A stretch of DNA of 64,000 nucleotides from Candidatus Bathyarchaeota archaeon (GCA_963826715.1 CAWGYA010000008.1:640001-704000); one strand, 5' to 3'. Shown: positions 30,597 to 40,687, counted from the stretch's first letter. Notes: generated by a model not told the origin, from the sequence alone. Translations and numbers: made by a program.

Positions 30597-32417
30597 TTAA
30601 ATGAGCAGCAAAAGCGAAATCAAGATAATCCCCTCCATGCCGAAGATTGGCACAATGATGTGTTTTGCTTTTTGGATGGCTTTGTCGATGAGGAGGGTTA
30701 TTGATTTTAGGCGTTCTTCGCCTATGACTATTACAGATGGCACAGTGAACTGTATGCATCCGGCTTTGGCAGCTTCAAGATTAGAGGCTGCTTTTTTTGC
30801 TGCTTTTTCAATGTACACCATGAGGGCGTCATGGCTGATTGCTTCACCGATTGGGCAGTAACCACGGGTGCTCGTAACTAATGCGCTAACGGCGTGGGTA
30901 TCGGTTGTGAAAACTTCACAGTCATCAAATCCCAAAAGAGATATGAATTCTAGAATTTTTTCTCGTAGAAACGGAACCATGTTGTTACCATCTATAACTA
31001 TGTAAACAGTTTTCTGCCCCTCGACCTCAACGACGATAGCTGTTATTCCGCCCGTCCCCATACCTTGTTTAAGCGTGAAATCTGATGGAAACACTGAGGC
31101 TGATCCCACTGAGAAGGCTTTTTTGGGTTTTCCAATGGCTTTCAACATACATTTGAAGGCCGCCCGTTTTAGTTCGTCCACATGTTCATTGGTGTCGTCC
31201 ACGGCACCTAGGCAATTGTGGGCGTTAACAACAATTACATGTTCGAAACCATATCGTTTGGCTTCTTCGCTGACCATGCGTCTCAGTTCTTGCGGGAGAT
31301 CTTCGGTAGTTTTGGGTGCGAGAGAGAACGCCAAAAAGAGTGTGTCTCCGAAGATTTGGCAGGATGCTGTCGCTGTCCCTTCGATTATTTTAACGAATGG
31401 CGACGCTATATCTGAGTTGGCGTCAAATATTGCTGAAGAAATCACTTTGGCTACAATTTTTTGATTTTGGGCTTGGGAGGCTAAGTCGAGTTCATGCCCT
31501 AAAATGCCCAGTGGTGTGCAGGCACTACACCCATAATGGCTTTCGTAGGCGTGTTTTAGGAGGGAGGGCAGAAGGCTGCTGCCGATGTTTTTGAAAGGTC
31601 CTGGATGTACAAGGGGAACAATCACTGCGGCTTTGGGTTTTGAGGCATCGAATTTTAGTAGGCTTACTTCTATATCGGCGTTTTCACCCATTTCTTCAAG
31701 ATAAGTCTCCAGAGGAGCGTTTGCATCTGTAACCCAGTTGAGGAGAAAAGCTTTGAAAAGCGGCATCGAAGGTAAACCATATGTATCTTGTCCCAAGCGG
31801 TCAATTGTGTGAAGCAGAAGGTAAACTGCGGCGTAGCCAATTATTGGGACAAAAACAATGAAGATTAAAACTTGCTGGTTGATGGTGGCTGAGTGGTTTA
31901 ACCAGAAAAGCGAAAACATGACAATACAAAGGATAGGCTGTAGCAGAGCAGACGTGATTTGTCGCCAGTTTGATCCATTAGAGGTTGCGGATAAAACAAG
32001 TATTCGTAATGTAGATACAGCCCCAAAGCCAAGGAGGGTAAGTTTTACCCATAATAGCCACGATCCAAAAATGTAGGTCAAGAGTACGCCTAGCCCTATA
32101 AAGCCGATCCAAATGAGCCAACAATAAAATGTCATGCCTGATGTTCGTCGTGCATTAAAAATTGGGTCGTTTTTGAGTACAACCTTACTTACCAAGGCAT
32201 CTGATAGGATGGAAATTACGAAAACCGTTATGCCTAATACGGATACATTTAGTATCTGGGTCAGGGTTGTTGAATAGGCGGCTAAACTGACTCCTATAAG
32301 GCAAATTAGGGCTACATAAAACAGACTGTGTTTATAGGATGGAAGCAAAAATAAAGATGAGTAATGCTTCTTTGCACTATCCATAGAATGACTTAGAGAA
32401 TGGTCAGGCTCCTCCAT
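30597..32417 (-). CDS. DUF2070 family membrane protein
   Basis: N-terminal TMs; VHPGPF..GSS, NAHN, DGNNM, TTDTH motifs; next to Sec61beta. Confidence 0.85.
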   Translation of the reverse strand: MEEPDHSLSHSMDSAKKHYSSLFLLPSYKHSLFYVALICLIGVSLAAYSTTLTQILNVSVLGITVFVISILSDALVSKVVLKNDPIFNARRTSGMTFYCWLIWIGFIGLGVLLTYIFGSWLLWVKLTLLGFGAVSTLRILVLSATSNGSNWRQITSALLQPILCIVMFSLFWLNHSATINQQVLIFIVFVPIIGYAAVYLLLHTIDRLGQDTYGLPSMPLFKAFLLNWVTDANAPLETYLEEMGENADIEVSLLKFDASKPKAAVIVPLVHPGPFKNIGSSLLPSLLKHAYESHYGCSACTPLGILGHELDLASQAQNQKIVAKVISSAIFDANSDIASPFVKIIEGTATASCQIFGDTLFLAFSLAPKTTEDLPQELRRMVSEEAKRYGFEHVIVVNAHNCLGAVDDTNEHVDELKRAAFKCMLKAIGKPKKAFSVGSASVFPSDFTLKQGMGTGGITAIVVEVEGQKTVYIVIDGNNMVPFLREKILEFISLLGFDDCEVFTTDTHAVSALVTSTRGYCPIGEAISHDALMVYIEKAAKKAASNLEAAKAGCIQFTVPSVIVIGEERLKSITLLIDKAIQKAKHIIVPIFGMEGIILISLLLLI

Positions 32418-32650
32418 TTTGCGTCTCTTCTATGGAAGAGAATTGCCTTATTAATATTTAGCTAAAAAAAGCTTGCTATAAAATACAGAATTTTCTATAA
32501 CCCCGAAGAGAAAGTACCCTGTTTTAGCAGAAATAAAGCAATTAAAAGGGCAAAACAACAATCAGGTATGTCTAAATTGAAGAATTCAACATACTTTAGA
32601 AAGGGAATTGTTTTATCGCCATAAGTCCAATCATAATAGTTTGCGAGACT

Positions 32651-32953
32651 ATGCCAGACAGAGAATTGCCACCTTCAATCTTTCATATGCTTGAACGCAA
32701 CGTGGGCAAAAAGATCCGAGTTGTCATAGATCCAGCCTACGGGTTTGAAGGTACATTAGCTGCAGTGACACACGAACCGTCGGGGATATGGCTTTCCGAC
32801 GCAGAAGCTGTTGTGCTTCGTTCGACTATAGCGCAGCCTATTCCGCAGGTGGCTAGCCGAGAAGAAAGAAGCGAACTTTTCTTGCACCTAAACTCAGTTC
32901 AGAGGTTAGAAGTGCTCCATTTAACGCCGTCTAGAAGACAAAGCGACGTTTAA
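32651..32953 (+). CDS. Sm/LSm-like fold protein
   Basis: Helix + GKKIRVV...FEGTL...IWLSDAE...LFLHLNSV pattern resembling Sm1/Sm2. Confidence 0.55.
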   Translation: MPDRELPPSIFHMLERNVGKKIRVVIDPAYGFEGTLAAVTHEPSGIWLSDAEAVVLRSTIAQPIPQVASREERSELFLHLNSVQRLEVLHLTPSRRQSDV

Positions 32954-33120
32954 AAGAAGATTTTAGCCAGCGCGGAAACAACAATCAAAGTCACAGCTAA
33001 CCCAACAAGGAGTTCAGGTCGGACTTTGATACCTTCGGTTTCTTCCTCGAAGAACCTCAGTAACCCAGCGCTTGCAGCGGGCATTGGACCAGTATCTTTT
33101 TTTCGTTTTCTCATACCCAT
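32950..33120 (-). CDS. Preprotein translocase subunit Sec61beta
   Basis: SAGLLRFFEEE..GIKVRP followed by a single C-terminal TM. Confidence 0.9.
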   Translation of the reverse strand: MGMRKRKKDTGPMPAASAGLLRFFEEETEGIKVRPELLVGLAVTLIVVSALAKIFF

Positions 33121-33518
33121 AAAGGTCGTATCCAAAGATGTTAATGAAGCCTAATACGGGCTTAAACTAATTAATGTTATGCCAAAACTAAGGCGCCCTT
33201 TTAGAATATATGCGAAAAATAGAGGTCCTATTTATTCATGAGAGACGAAAGATAAGAACAAAAGTCACTAGAGATATCTAACAACTCTCTGGGTATAAAA
33301 ACCATCATAAAGAGAACCTGTTAATGTGAACTCAGCAGAAACTAAAACGCATATTAGAAGGTTGATGCTTTGCCTACTCTCGATCGACATACCAAATTTT
33401 TCCAATGATAAGAAATAGTTATTCCTAAGCTACATTTTTTGTATACAAAAGCATCAACCAAAACATAGAAAAACATTGATTACAGCCTTTAATACTTCTA
33501 AAGAATGTGGTGAATTCA

Positions 33519-33806
33519 GTGCAGATAAGGGATTTCCAAGATATGATGAAGAAGCTTTACTTTAAGCGTGACATCGAACGCGGAATCGAAGGCACCTTCA
33601 ATTGGCTGGTTGACGAAGTAGCAGAACTTGGTGAGGAACTTAAAGGTAACGACCGCAGGGCAACCGAAGCAGAATTTGCTGACATCATCGCCTGGCTTGC
33701 ATCATTGGCTAATATCATAGGAATCGATTTGGAGAAAGCTGCACTCGCAAAATACCCCAATAGATGCCCCAAGTGCCAGCAAAATCCTTGTTATTGTTCC
33801 TTTTAG
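33519..33806 (+). CDS. MazG-like nucleotide pyrophosphohydrolase
   Basis: WLVDEVAEL, EFADIIAWL, C-terminal CPKC...C; GGTGA SD before GTG 33519. Confidence 0.85.
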   Translation: MQIRDFQDMMKKLYFKRDIERGIEGTFNWLVDEVAELGEELKGNDRRATEAEFADIIAWLASLANIIGIDLEKAALAKYPNRCPKCQQNPCYCSF

Positions 33807-34063
33807 TTCAAACGCTTCTGCCCCAACCCTGTAGAAAGCCAAATGTAACGGTATTTACCCTTACGCTCAATAAGTCCTTCACAACACAGAAGCCGCAGAT
33901 GATGCATCGCCACCCCATAGGATAAACCGCATTGTGCCGCAAGCTTGGCAGCATTGAAAGCCTGTACATCAAGTAACGACAGAATTTTGGTTCGAGTCGA
34001 GAGTCCACTATATACGTTACGAATACTTTTCAGGTAAGCATTGGGGTGCCAAGTTTCCTTTAT
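33803..34063 (-). CDS. ArsR-like winged-helix protein with ATA as apparent start codon (86 aa)
   Basis: Manual translation (I)KETWHPNAYL...TRTKILSLL...AAKLAAQCGLSYGVAMHHLRLLCCEGLIERKG..YIW; GGGTGA SD 6 nt upstream; missed by ORF track. Confidence 0.7.
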   Translation of the reverse strand: MKETWHPNAYLKSIRNVYSGLSTRTKILSLLDVQAFNAAKLAAQCGLSYGVAMHHLRLLCCEGLIERKGKYRYIWLSTGLGQKRLN

Positions 34064-34111
34064 TTTTATTCACCCAATAGATGTTTGTGTAGTTAAGGTA
34101 GAAATAGTTAG

Positions 34112-37100
34112 CTATTTAAAATCCAAAAGAGTTGACTGTTTAGGTTTTTTGTTGTCAAACATTAATGTGAGTTCTTCCTTTATTAGATCCATACGCTGGG
34201 TGTAATATTTGGGCAAACCGTACTTGTCAACTAGCTGCTGAGCCGCTACCAGATACTTCTCAATTCCACCGCGATAAACGGTCAAAGAAAGTTTGCCGCT
34301 GCATGAAGGACATTTCCCCACAAGAGGCAGCCGACGAAATTTTCTATTACAAGCTTTACATCGAAACCCCTGCGTAGAAAAAGCACGCATGTTTCCTGCA
34401 ATGTCACGCATGAAGTGAGTATTGAGAACTTTAAGCGCTACACTTTTTGCGCTTACGGCATCGATTTTTTCTCCTAACTCCAATTGCATGTGAAGCTTGT
34501 CTATCATGGATTTGAATTCTTTGTAGCTGCTGTTAGCGTTACCCAAATTAATGTTGGTACAAGGCGTAGTATATTGAAAACCTTCAAATTGCGCCTCCGT
34601 TCCCAAACGATGACTGATGGTATCCATAAATGCACTCACTGGTCTGGCTTCGCCTTTATCCCAGGTTTTGAGGAAGAATTCAAGAGGGTAACTGCTACTG
34701 ACGTCAAAGTCATGAGCTTGCCGCTGAACCTCTTTAGTGTTACAGACCGGAATCAACAAAATCGGCGCATCCATAATACCACCAATCTGGGCTGGCAAAA
34801 AAACCCGGGAAAAATTAAGCAAAGTATCGAGCCCAAGCATAATGGCATCTTCGTCCCCGTCACAGTCCCTTCGCTTGGCAGAGTGCCAAACAGGATGTGC
34901 GTAAATGACGTTTCGGTCAGTATAACCCACGACACGACCAAGAATACAAGCACAGGTGTGTGGAGCCAAACCAAAAATAAGATGTCCAACGAGGTCATCA
35001 GCTTTTTTGAAGCTGTAATAGGGTTGTTGTTTGTAAACGCGAGTTAGTAGATCATCGATGAAAGCAGCTATTTGTAAAAAATACTCGCCAGCGGTCCAGG
35101 GAATAACAACGTCTTGGATTTTAAGTTCGCAAACCTGGTTGGGATCAGTTAATGGCAAACCATGTGTATCGGCTATGTAACCCATCTGATGCATCTTTTC
35201 GATCGAGACACCGATTTCTGCTGGCGTAATGTGAGTGAGCGGAGCATTTGTGGCATCAAAACGTATTGTGCCGTCCTTGTAAACGGATAAACCATACTTA
35301 GCACGCAAGATACCTTTCTCTAACATTTCAGGGGTCTTGTCAAGATTAGTTAAGCCCTTAACACCCCGCAGCATCTTAGGCGCGGAGTAACCCACCGAAA
35401 TGCTGGCGTTATTAATTAGCTCCTTGAAGTTAACGGGTTGACGTTGATATAATACAGCGTTTGATTTACAAGAGCCACAGTAAGCATCTTTAAGAGTTCT
35501 ACCGCATCGAGGGCAAACTTTCTCAGGAAATGTCGGTCCCCCGCAGATTTCACATAGGACTTTCCGAGTATAAGTTTTACACTCTTGGCACTTACGTTTA
35601 ACCATCTCCACAAAAACTGGACCTTTCTTGACCGCTTCCATAAGGTCACGGTGAGAACCTCCAGCTAAACTAACGGGAAAAAGAACGTGCACATTAGGTT
35701 TCATTTCTCTATGCTTAGCCTTTTCAGGCCTACCCATTCGTCCACCAATGTAGGTTGGTGCTTTATCTTTAATCACTACACCCGACAACACACTAAGAAG
35801 CTCCAAAACGGATGTTACCTGCATAGGCTGAGTAAAACGTGTTGTACCATAACCTAATGTGAACGCTAACGCAGTTGCTTCTGGGTCCACCAAAACAGCT
35901 TTGCCTTCAACTATTTTATGGGGAACAAAAATCTTGCGCAGAACCTTCACCGCTTCGCCGTTAGCTTCACCTATAATTTTAGAAACATACCCCTCCTGCA
36001 AAGTCACATCACAGCAACCCAGCCACTTCTGCAGGCATTCAATATCCTCAAAGGTAGGTGTTCCCGTCCAGAAGAACGTGCTACTAGGCGCTAGGGGTAT
36101 TTTCAAGGTTTGGCTAAGAACTGCGGCTTCTTTAGTTGTAGGTTTGTTTTTGAAAGGGTCACAGATAAATCCCTCGAGTTTGTCATATGGAAGATTGCAT
36201 GCTTCCGCAGCTTTTTGAGTATCACCACTGAACTTGGCTAAAACGGCGTTTTGAAGATCTTTACTCCACCATTCCTCCACGTATCCAGAGGGCGGAAGCG
36301 CCTTGTTACTGTAAAGGAAATCGCCGAAGTCAATCAAAATGTCACCTAAGAATAGGATTTTCTGGATTTTGCCCTTAACTTCTGAAAAATTTTCCAAAGA
36401 AACCCGAACCACTGAACCATCCTTGAGCAATACCACGGGTTTCTCAATGCTATCGACGGGCATGGTGACGCCGCCTTTGCCAGGCAACTCAAGACGCATT
36501 TGGGTACCTGCGGCTAGAAAATTCTCCACCACAAGCATGGTGGCTGGGTGTATGCCCACTGCGGAAAGCCCTGTGTTGCGAGATCTGCCGTATCTGAGTC
36601 GGAAACCACCACGGGTTGAGGGAAACGCGAAAATGGGGCGTCCAGCAATAACGTCATCCATGAATCCGCCTGATTTCTTCTCTGATTTTTTCTTAAAACT
36701 CTTGAGCCATTCCCAACCAGAAAAGCCCAGTTTATCAATTATCACATAAACTTTTTGTGCCCGTCCAACAATCCCGTCATTAATAACTCGCAAAGCGCCG
36801 CCACGAACACGGTTTGTTTCCACCCTCTCCAAGTTGCGGTATGAGGAAACCTCAACTGGGTCAGATTCAGTACCTGTACACTCTACGGGCACCAAATTGA
36901 GTGCTTTACGTAGTTCCACATCTGGGATGTGATATTGAAAGCGTCCTACAGAGCGTTCATATAGCCTTAGTTCTTCTACAAAACGGGAGATTTCCTCCTC
37001 TGTGGGCTTGTATACATCTAAACCTAATTCACGACGGACATAGTCGCCGACGACCAATGTTAAGGCTTGGTCAGTTCCACCTGCGGAGCGAATTGGACCA

Positions 37101-37534
37101 GCGAAGTAAACCCCCAGATAGCATGTTTGATCAGCGTTCTTTTTGATTTTGACTTGTGCTATGCCCTGGATTGGTGCGGCAGTTAAACCTTCAGTAAAGA
37201 TAGCCAATGCCGTGCGAATAGCCTGCTCGGCTAGCTTCTCTGGATCTTTCTCTTCTTCAGTTTGAGCAAATTTACCTTGAGCAATTTCCTGTGCTGCTTT
37301 AAAGGCGATCTCTTCACGTGGCAGCATCTTGCTTAATTCTCTGATGCTGACTGCGACGCCTTTGGGTCCAACTAATCCTTCTACCAAATCAGCAATGTCC
37401 TTTGCAATAATGCATTCAGTTTTAAGAGACGGATCTAAGCCATTAGATCTAGCGCTATCGCTGATTTCGTAGATTTGTTTCAACTGGTTGTTTAAGGTAT
37501 CAATGTAGTTTTGGTAACCCTTACTGATGCTCAA
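34112..37534 (-). CDS. polC: DNA polymerase D large subunit DP2
   Basis: AGPIRSAGGT, GGFRLRYGRSR, GRMGRPEKA, KRRDCDGDED, Zn fingers, C-terminal PIP box QSTLLDF; no intein seen. Confidence 0.98.
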   Translation of the reverse strand: MSISKGYQNYIDTLNNQLKQIYEISDSARSNGLDPSLKTECIIAKDIADLVEGLVGPKGVAVSIRELSKMLPREEIAFKAAQEIAQGKFAQTEEEKDPEKLAEQAIRTALAIFTEGLTAAPIQGIAQVKIKKNADQTCYLGVYFAGPIRSAGGTDQALTLVVGDYVRRELGLDVYKPTEEEISRFVEELRLYERSVGRFQYHIPDVELRKALNLVPVECTGTESDPVEVSSYRNLERVETNRVRGGALRVINDGIVGRAQKVYVIIDKLGFSGWEWLKSFKKKSEKKSGGFMDDVIAGRPIFAFPSTRGGFRLRYGRSRNTGLSAVGIHPATMLVVENFLAAGTQMRLELPGKGGVTMPVDSIEKPVVLLKDGSVVRVSLENFSEVKGKIQKILFLGDILIDFGDFLYSNKALPPSGYVEEWWSKDLQNAVLAKFSGDTQKAAEACNLPYDKLEGFICDPFKNKPTTKEAAVLSQTLKIPLAPSSTFFWTGTPTFEDIECLQKWLGCCDVTLQEGYVSKIIGEANGEAVKVLRKIFVPHKIVEGKAVLVDPEATALAFTLGYGTTRFTQPMQVTSVLELLSVLSGVVIKDKAPTYIGGRMGRPEKAKHREMKPNVHVLFPVSLAGGSHRDLMEAVKKGPVFVEMVKRKCQECKTYTRKVLCEICGGPTFPEKVCPRCGRTLKDAYCGSCKSNAVLYQRQPVNFKELINNASISVGYSAPKMLRGVKGLTNLDKTPEMLEKGILRAKYGLSVYKDGTIRFDATNAPLTHITPAEIGVSIEKMHQMGYIADTHGLPLTDPNQVCELKIQDVVIPWTAGEYFLQIAAFIDDLLTRVYKQQPYYSFKKADDLVGHLIFGLAPHTCACILGRVVGYTDRNVIYAHPVWHSAKRRDCDGDEDAIMLGLDTLLNFSRVFLPAQIGGIMDAPILLIPVCNTKEVQRQAHDFDVSSSYPLEFFLKTWDKGEARPVSAFMDTISHRLGTEAQFEGFQYTTPCTNINLGNANSSYKEFKSMIDKLHMQLELGEKIDAVSAKSVALKVLNTHFMRDIAGNMRAFSTQGFRCKACNRKFRRLPLVGKCPSCSGKLSLTVYRGGIEKYLVAAQQLVDKYGLPKYYTQRMDLIKEELTLMFDNKKPKQSTLLDFK

Positions 37535-37657
37535 AGCGACCTTTCACAGCCATGATATTCGGTATAGGGTTATTTTGGTTTTCCTTAAATCAAATGAAAA
37601 TACTACGAGAACCCCAAGAACAGATGTTTTTAGACAATAAAATAGTAGCCTTTTTGC

Positions 37658-37921
37658 TTATTCGGGCTTGGTTACAGGTGTTCTTTTCTGGCTGCCATAA
37701 ACACTGTCAGTGAGCATGCAATAAACGTCCACTTCGCCCTGCGCAGATCGAATCGTGAATTCTTCTTTGAGCCCACAACTGCTGCATTGAGCAACGGAGC
37801 GTCCTCCTTCTTCACGGAATATTTCCACGCGCACAGTTTCTTTTCCGCATGTCGGGCAAGAGAAGAATTTAGGTAAACGCTTCTTTGGAATATGAACAAC
37901 TTTTTTCCTTCTTCGCCCCAT
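37658..37921 (-). CDS. elf1: Transcription elongation factor Elf1
   Basis: MGRRRKK...FSCPTCG...CSSCG...VDVY. Confidence 0.9.
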   Translation of the reverse strand: MGRRRKKVVHIPKKRLPKFFSCPTCGKETVRVEIFREEGGRSVAQCSSCGLKEEFTIRSAQGEVDVYCMLTDSVYGSQKRTPVTKPE

Positions 37922-38000
37922 ACAATAACCTTCTAAAGTGTCCCGTAACGGTGATTAATATTTATACTTGTCCTTAAATACTTGCCTACCAACGTTGACA

Positions 38001-38861
38001 ATGAGGCTGCGTAAAACTGTGAAGTTAACGCCCACTGTATTAGATATGGATTTTTCGATGATAGAAAAAAGAATCTGCCGTTTCATAAAAGAATATGTTG
38101 AAAACGCAGGCGCCAGCGGGATTGTTTTAGGGCTCAGTGGGGGGGTGGACAGCGCAACCATAGCGGCACTGTCAAGCAAAGCCCTCAACGGCAACCATGT
38201 TATTGCACTTATGCTTCCCGAAAATGAAACCCAAAAACAAAAAGACATCGAAGATGCCAAAACAGTCGCTGACCTATTTGGAATACAAACTCAGGTCTGT
38301 GACATGACTGCTGCGGTTGAAAATATCTACGAAAGCATCCCTATCTTCGACTCTACAGATAGGCTTTGCAAAGGAAACATCAAAGCGCGAACCCGCATGA
38401 TTTTCCTCTACTACTACTCCAACAAACAAAACTGCATAGTCTGCGGCAGCTCCGACAAATCCGAAACCATGATGGGTTACTTTACCAAGTGGGGTGACGC
38501 TGCAGCCGATATCGCTCCAATCATTGACCTTTACAAAAGTCAAGTTCGCATGCTAGCCGTGCATATGGGCATACCTAAGGAGATAGCCTACAAACCTTCC
38601 ACGCCCGGGCTTTGGCCCGGCCAGCTAGCGGAGTCGGAGTTGCAAATAAAATATGAAACCCTCGATCTGATTCTCTTTGGGTTAGAACACTTTCTGTCAC
38701 CAGAGGATATTGCCGAGCAACTCGGCATAGAACAAACAGTCGTGAACCGAATTAGGAGCCGCTGGTTAGCTCAAGAACACAAACGCCGTCTTCCACTGGC
38801 ATCGAAACTAGGGTTTCGAACGGTCACAAACGATTTTAGACTCCCAAGACACACCTACTAG
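38001..38861 (+). CDS. nadE: NAD+ synthetase (NH3-dependent synthetase domain)
   Basis: GLSGGVDS, GNIKARTRM, GYFTKWGD, KPSTPGLW, HKR. Confidence 0.95.
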   Translation: MRLRKTVKLTPTVLDMDFSMIEKRICRFIKEYVENAGASGIVLGLSGGVDSATIAALSSKALNGNHVIALMLPENETQKQKDIEDAKTVADLFGIQTQVCDMTAAVENIYESIPIFDSTDRLCKGNIKARTRMIFLYYYSNKQNCIVCGSSDKSETMMGYFTKWGDAAADIAPIIDLYKSQVRMLAVHMGIPKEIAYKPSTPGLWPGQLAESELQIKYETLDLILFGLEHFLSPEDIAEQLGIEQTVVNRIRSRWLAQEHKRRLPLASKLGFRTVTNDFRLPRHTY

Positions 38862-38870
38862 GTGGACACC

Positions 38871-39704
38871 ATGAAGGACAAAGTTAAGTTGGCACTTTGC
38901 CAAATTAGTAGCGACCGAGAAAACAAAGAAGCGAACCTCCAAAAAATTGAGGCTTTAACTCGACGCGCTGAGCAGGAGGGGGCGGAAATTGCGATTTTTC
39001 CAGAAATGTCGCTTACTGGCTATGTACTCCATGACCAAGTTTACGAGCTATCTGAACCCATCCCAGGACCATCCGTTCAGCGGATAGAGGAATTGGCGAA
39101 AGATACAAAGCTACATATTATTTTTGGCATGCCAGAGCTCTCCGAAAAAGCCCAAGCCACCATATTTAATACCGCAGTATTAGTGGGTCCTGAAGGTTTC
39201 ATCGGCAAATACCGCAAAATGTATCTACCAACCCACAGTGTCTTTGAGGAAAAACGCTACTTCCGACCCGGCTACAAACCTGCCGCGTTCCAAACCAAAT
39301 TAGGAAATATTGGTCTAACAATTTGTTATGATGTGTTCTTCCCTGAGGTATTTCGGCTGCCTCGACTGATGGGCGCCCAACTAATTGTCTGCATTTCTGC
39401 GTCGCCAGCGGTGCGACGAGCTTATTTTGAAATCCTCACAGCTGCCCGTGCTTTGGAGAATACGGCGTATTTGGCTTATGTGAACCTTGCTGGAGTGCAA
39501 GATGGTTTGCAGTTTTGGGGCGGAAGCCGCCTAATCAACGCAACAGGGGATGTTTTAGCTCGAGCAAAATATGATGAGGAAGATTTTGTGGTTTGCGAAG
39601 CGGATTTTTCGGATTTACGGGCTTCTGAAGCCTTTATTCCGACGCTGCGGGATTTGCGCCCTGAGCTTTATCGAAAGCTTAGAAAGCTTTCAGAGAAATT
39701 TTAG
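38871..39704 (+). CDS. Carbon-nitrogen hydrolase (nitrilase superfamily)
   Basis: E-K-C triad in FPEMS, YRKMYL, ICYD; ARALEN. Confidence 0.92.
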   Translation: MKDKVKLALCQISSDRENKEANLQKIEALTRRAEQEGAEIAIFPEMSLTGYVLHDQVYELSEPIPGPSVQRIEELAKDTKLHIIFGMPELSEKAQATIFNTAVLVGPEGFIGKYRKMYLPTHSVFEEKRYFRPGYKPAAFQTKLGNIGLTICYDVFFPEVFRLPRLMGAQLIVCISASPAVRRAYFEILTAARALENTAYLAYVNLAGVQDGLQFWGGSRLINATGDVLARAKYDEEDFVVCEADFSDLRASEAFIPTLRDLRPELYRKLRKLSEKF

Positions 39705-39708
39705 AAGT

Positions 39709-39843
39709 ATCACATATAAACTTGGCTATTGGTGTTTGATGTCACAGGTGCATCACAAAGCTGTGATACTGATAGATTTATTGAAAATCACGGTGATTTG
39801 ACTGTGAGGAGTGACGTCACGGATCGTTTTTTTATGTCTCACA
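39709..39843. repeat. GTGA/TCAC array A
   Basis: 10 cores in 135 bp, including palindromes ATCACA-AAGC-TGTGAT (39752-39767), AAATCAC-G-GTGATTT (39785-39799) and GTGACGTCAC (39811-39820). Confidence 0.8.
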
Positions 39844-40189
39844 GATTTTTTTAAAAGTTTATGTTGCTTTGAAGCGGGTTTGCCGCTAAAAAAATGTGTT
39901 TTATTTACATAAGGTTGTAAAAAGTGCGCGTTTGCCTTTTTGACTGTTTTAAAAAAGAGCATTATTCGTGTAAAGTTAATAATATTACTCCTTTGATTAA
40001 TCGTAGAATTTAGCGTTTTTTGTGTTAATCGCATCTAATTTTTGTCTAAATAGTAAATTAACGATTTTTCAGGTTTATTTTTATTTTTAGAGGTTAGATA
40101 AGAGCTTTATTTGGTAAGCATATTAGCTTTTTGAGGTCTGTAAAGGTTAAAAAGCTGAGTTAGTATACAAAAGTGTATCCATTTAATCT

Positions 40190-40687
40190 ATGGGAGAAAG
40201 CATAAGTTTGAAGCTAAAAGACGGTGTAACAGCATGGTTAAACGGGGCATTAAACGACCCTATTGTCAAAATTCTGGCTAAAAACAGCCAATTAACAAAA
40301 ACGCAGCTTGAAACACTGCTTATTGATGTTTTGGCCGAAAATATATCGGGTAAACAGCTAAAGTACGATGATAAAGCCGCTTTAAGGTTAACAAGGGCTA
40401 AAATAAGTCGCGGTTCGTTTAATAGGACTTTAAAACAGTCCCGTGAAAACGTCATTAAGTCCATCTACACGGTGCTACTTTTGGGATATTTGGGAGTTTT
40501 TGAGACTACAACTCTTGACCCGTACCTCGAAATAGCAAATAAACTGCACGAGTATGTGGAAGCACACCAGGATCTGCCTAACAAGGAGGAGGAGCTAAAA
40601 GACCACCTAAAAGTTATAGAAATCATCCGAGAAGAGCTAGAAACGAGCCTAAAGCGACTTTCTAGTCCCTCAGAAAAGCTTTTGTGA
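40190..40687 (+). CDS. Hypothetical protein with Tfx/sigma-region-4-like HTH pattern
   Basis: SQLTKTQLETL...ISRGSFNRTLKQSRENVIKS resembles Tfx-type HTH spacing; helical C-terminus. Confidence 0.6.
   Translation: MGESISLKLKDGVTAWLNGALNDPIVKILAKNSQLTKTQLETLLIDVLAENISGKQLKYDDKAALRLTRAKISRGSFNRTLKQSRENVIKSIYTVLLLGYLGVFETTTLDPYLEIANKLHEYVEAHQDLPNKEEELKDHLKVIEIIREELETSLKRLSSPSEKLL

Noticed and set aside
33808-34008. 66-aa ORF-track call
   Set aside because: An overlapping frame on the same strand encodes a much more convincing wHTH protein with an SD
34112-37534. Intein in DP2 (or in Cdc6)
   Set aside because: Lengths are normal and no intein splice or LAGLIDADG motifs were seen
39753-40034. 93-aa minus-strand ORF (and 39571-39801 plus-strand ORF)
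   Set aside because: Low-complexity translation of AT-rich repeat-bearing intergenic DNA; no motif
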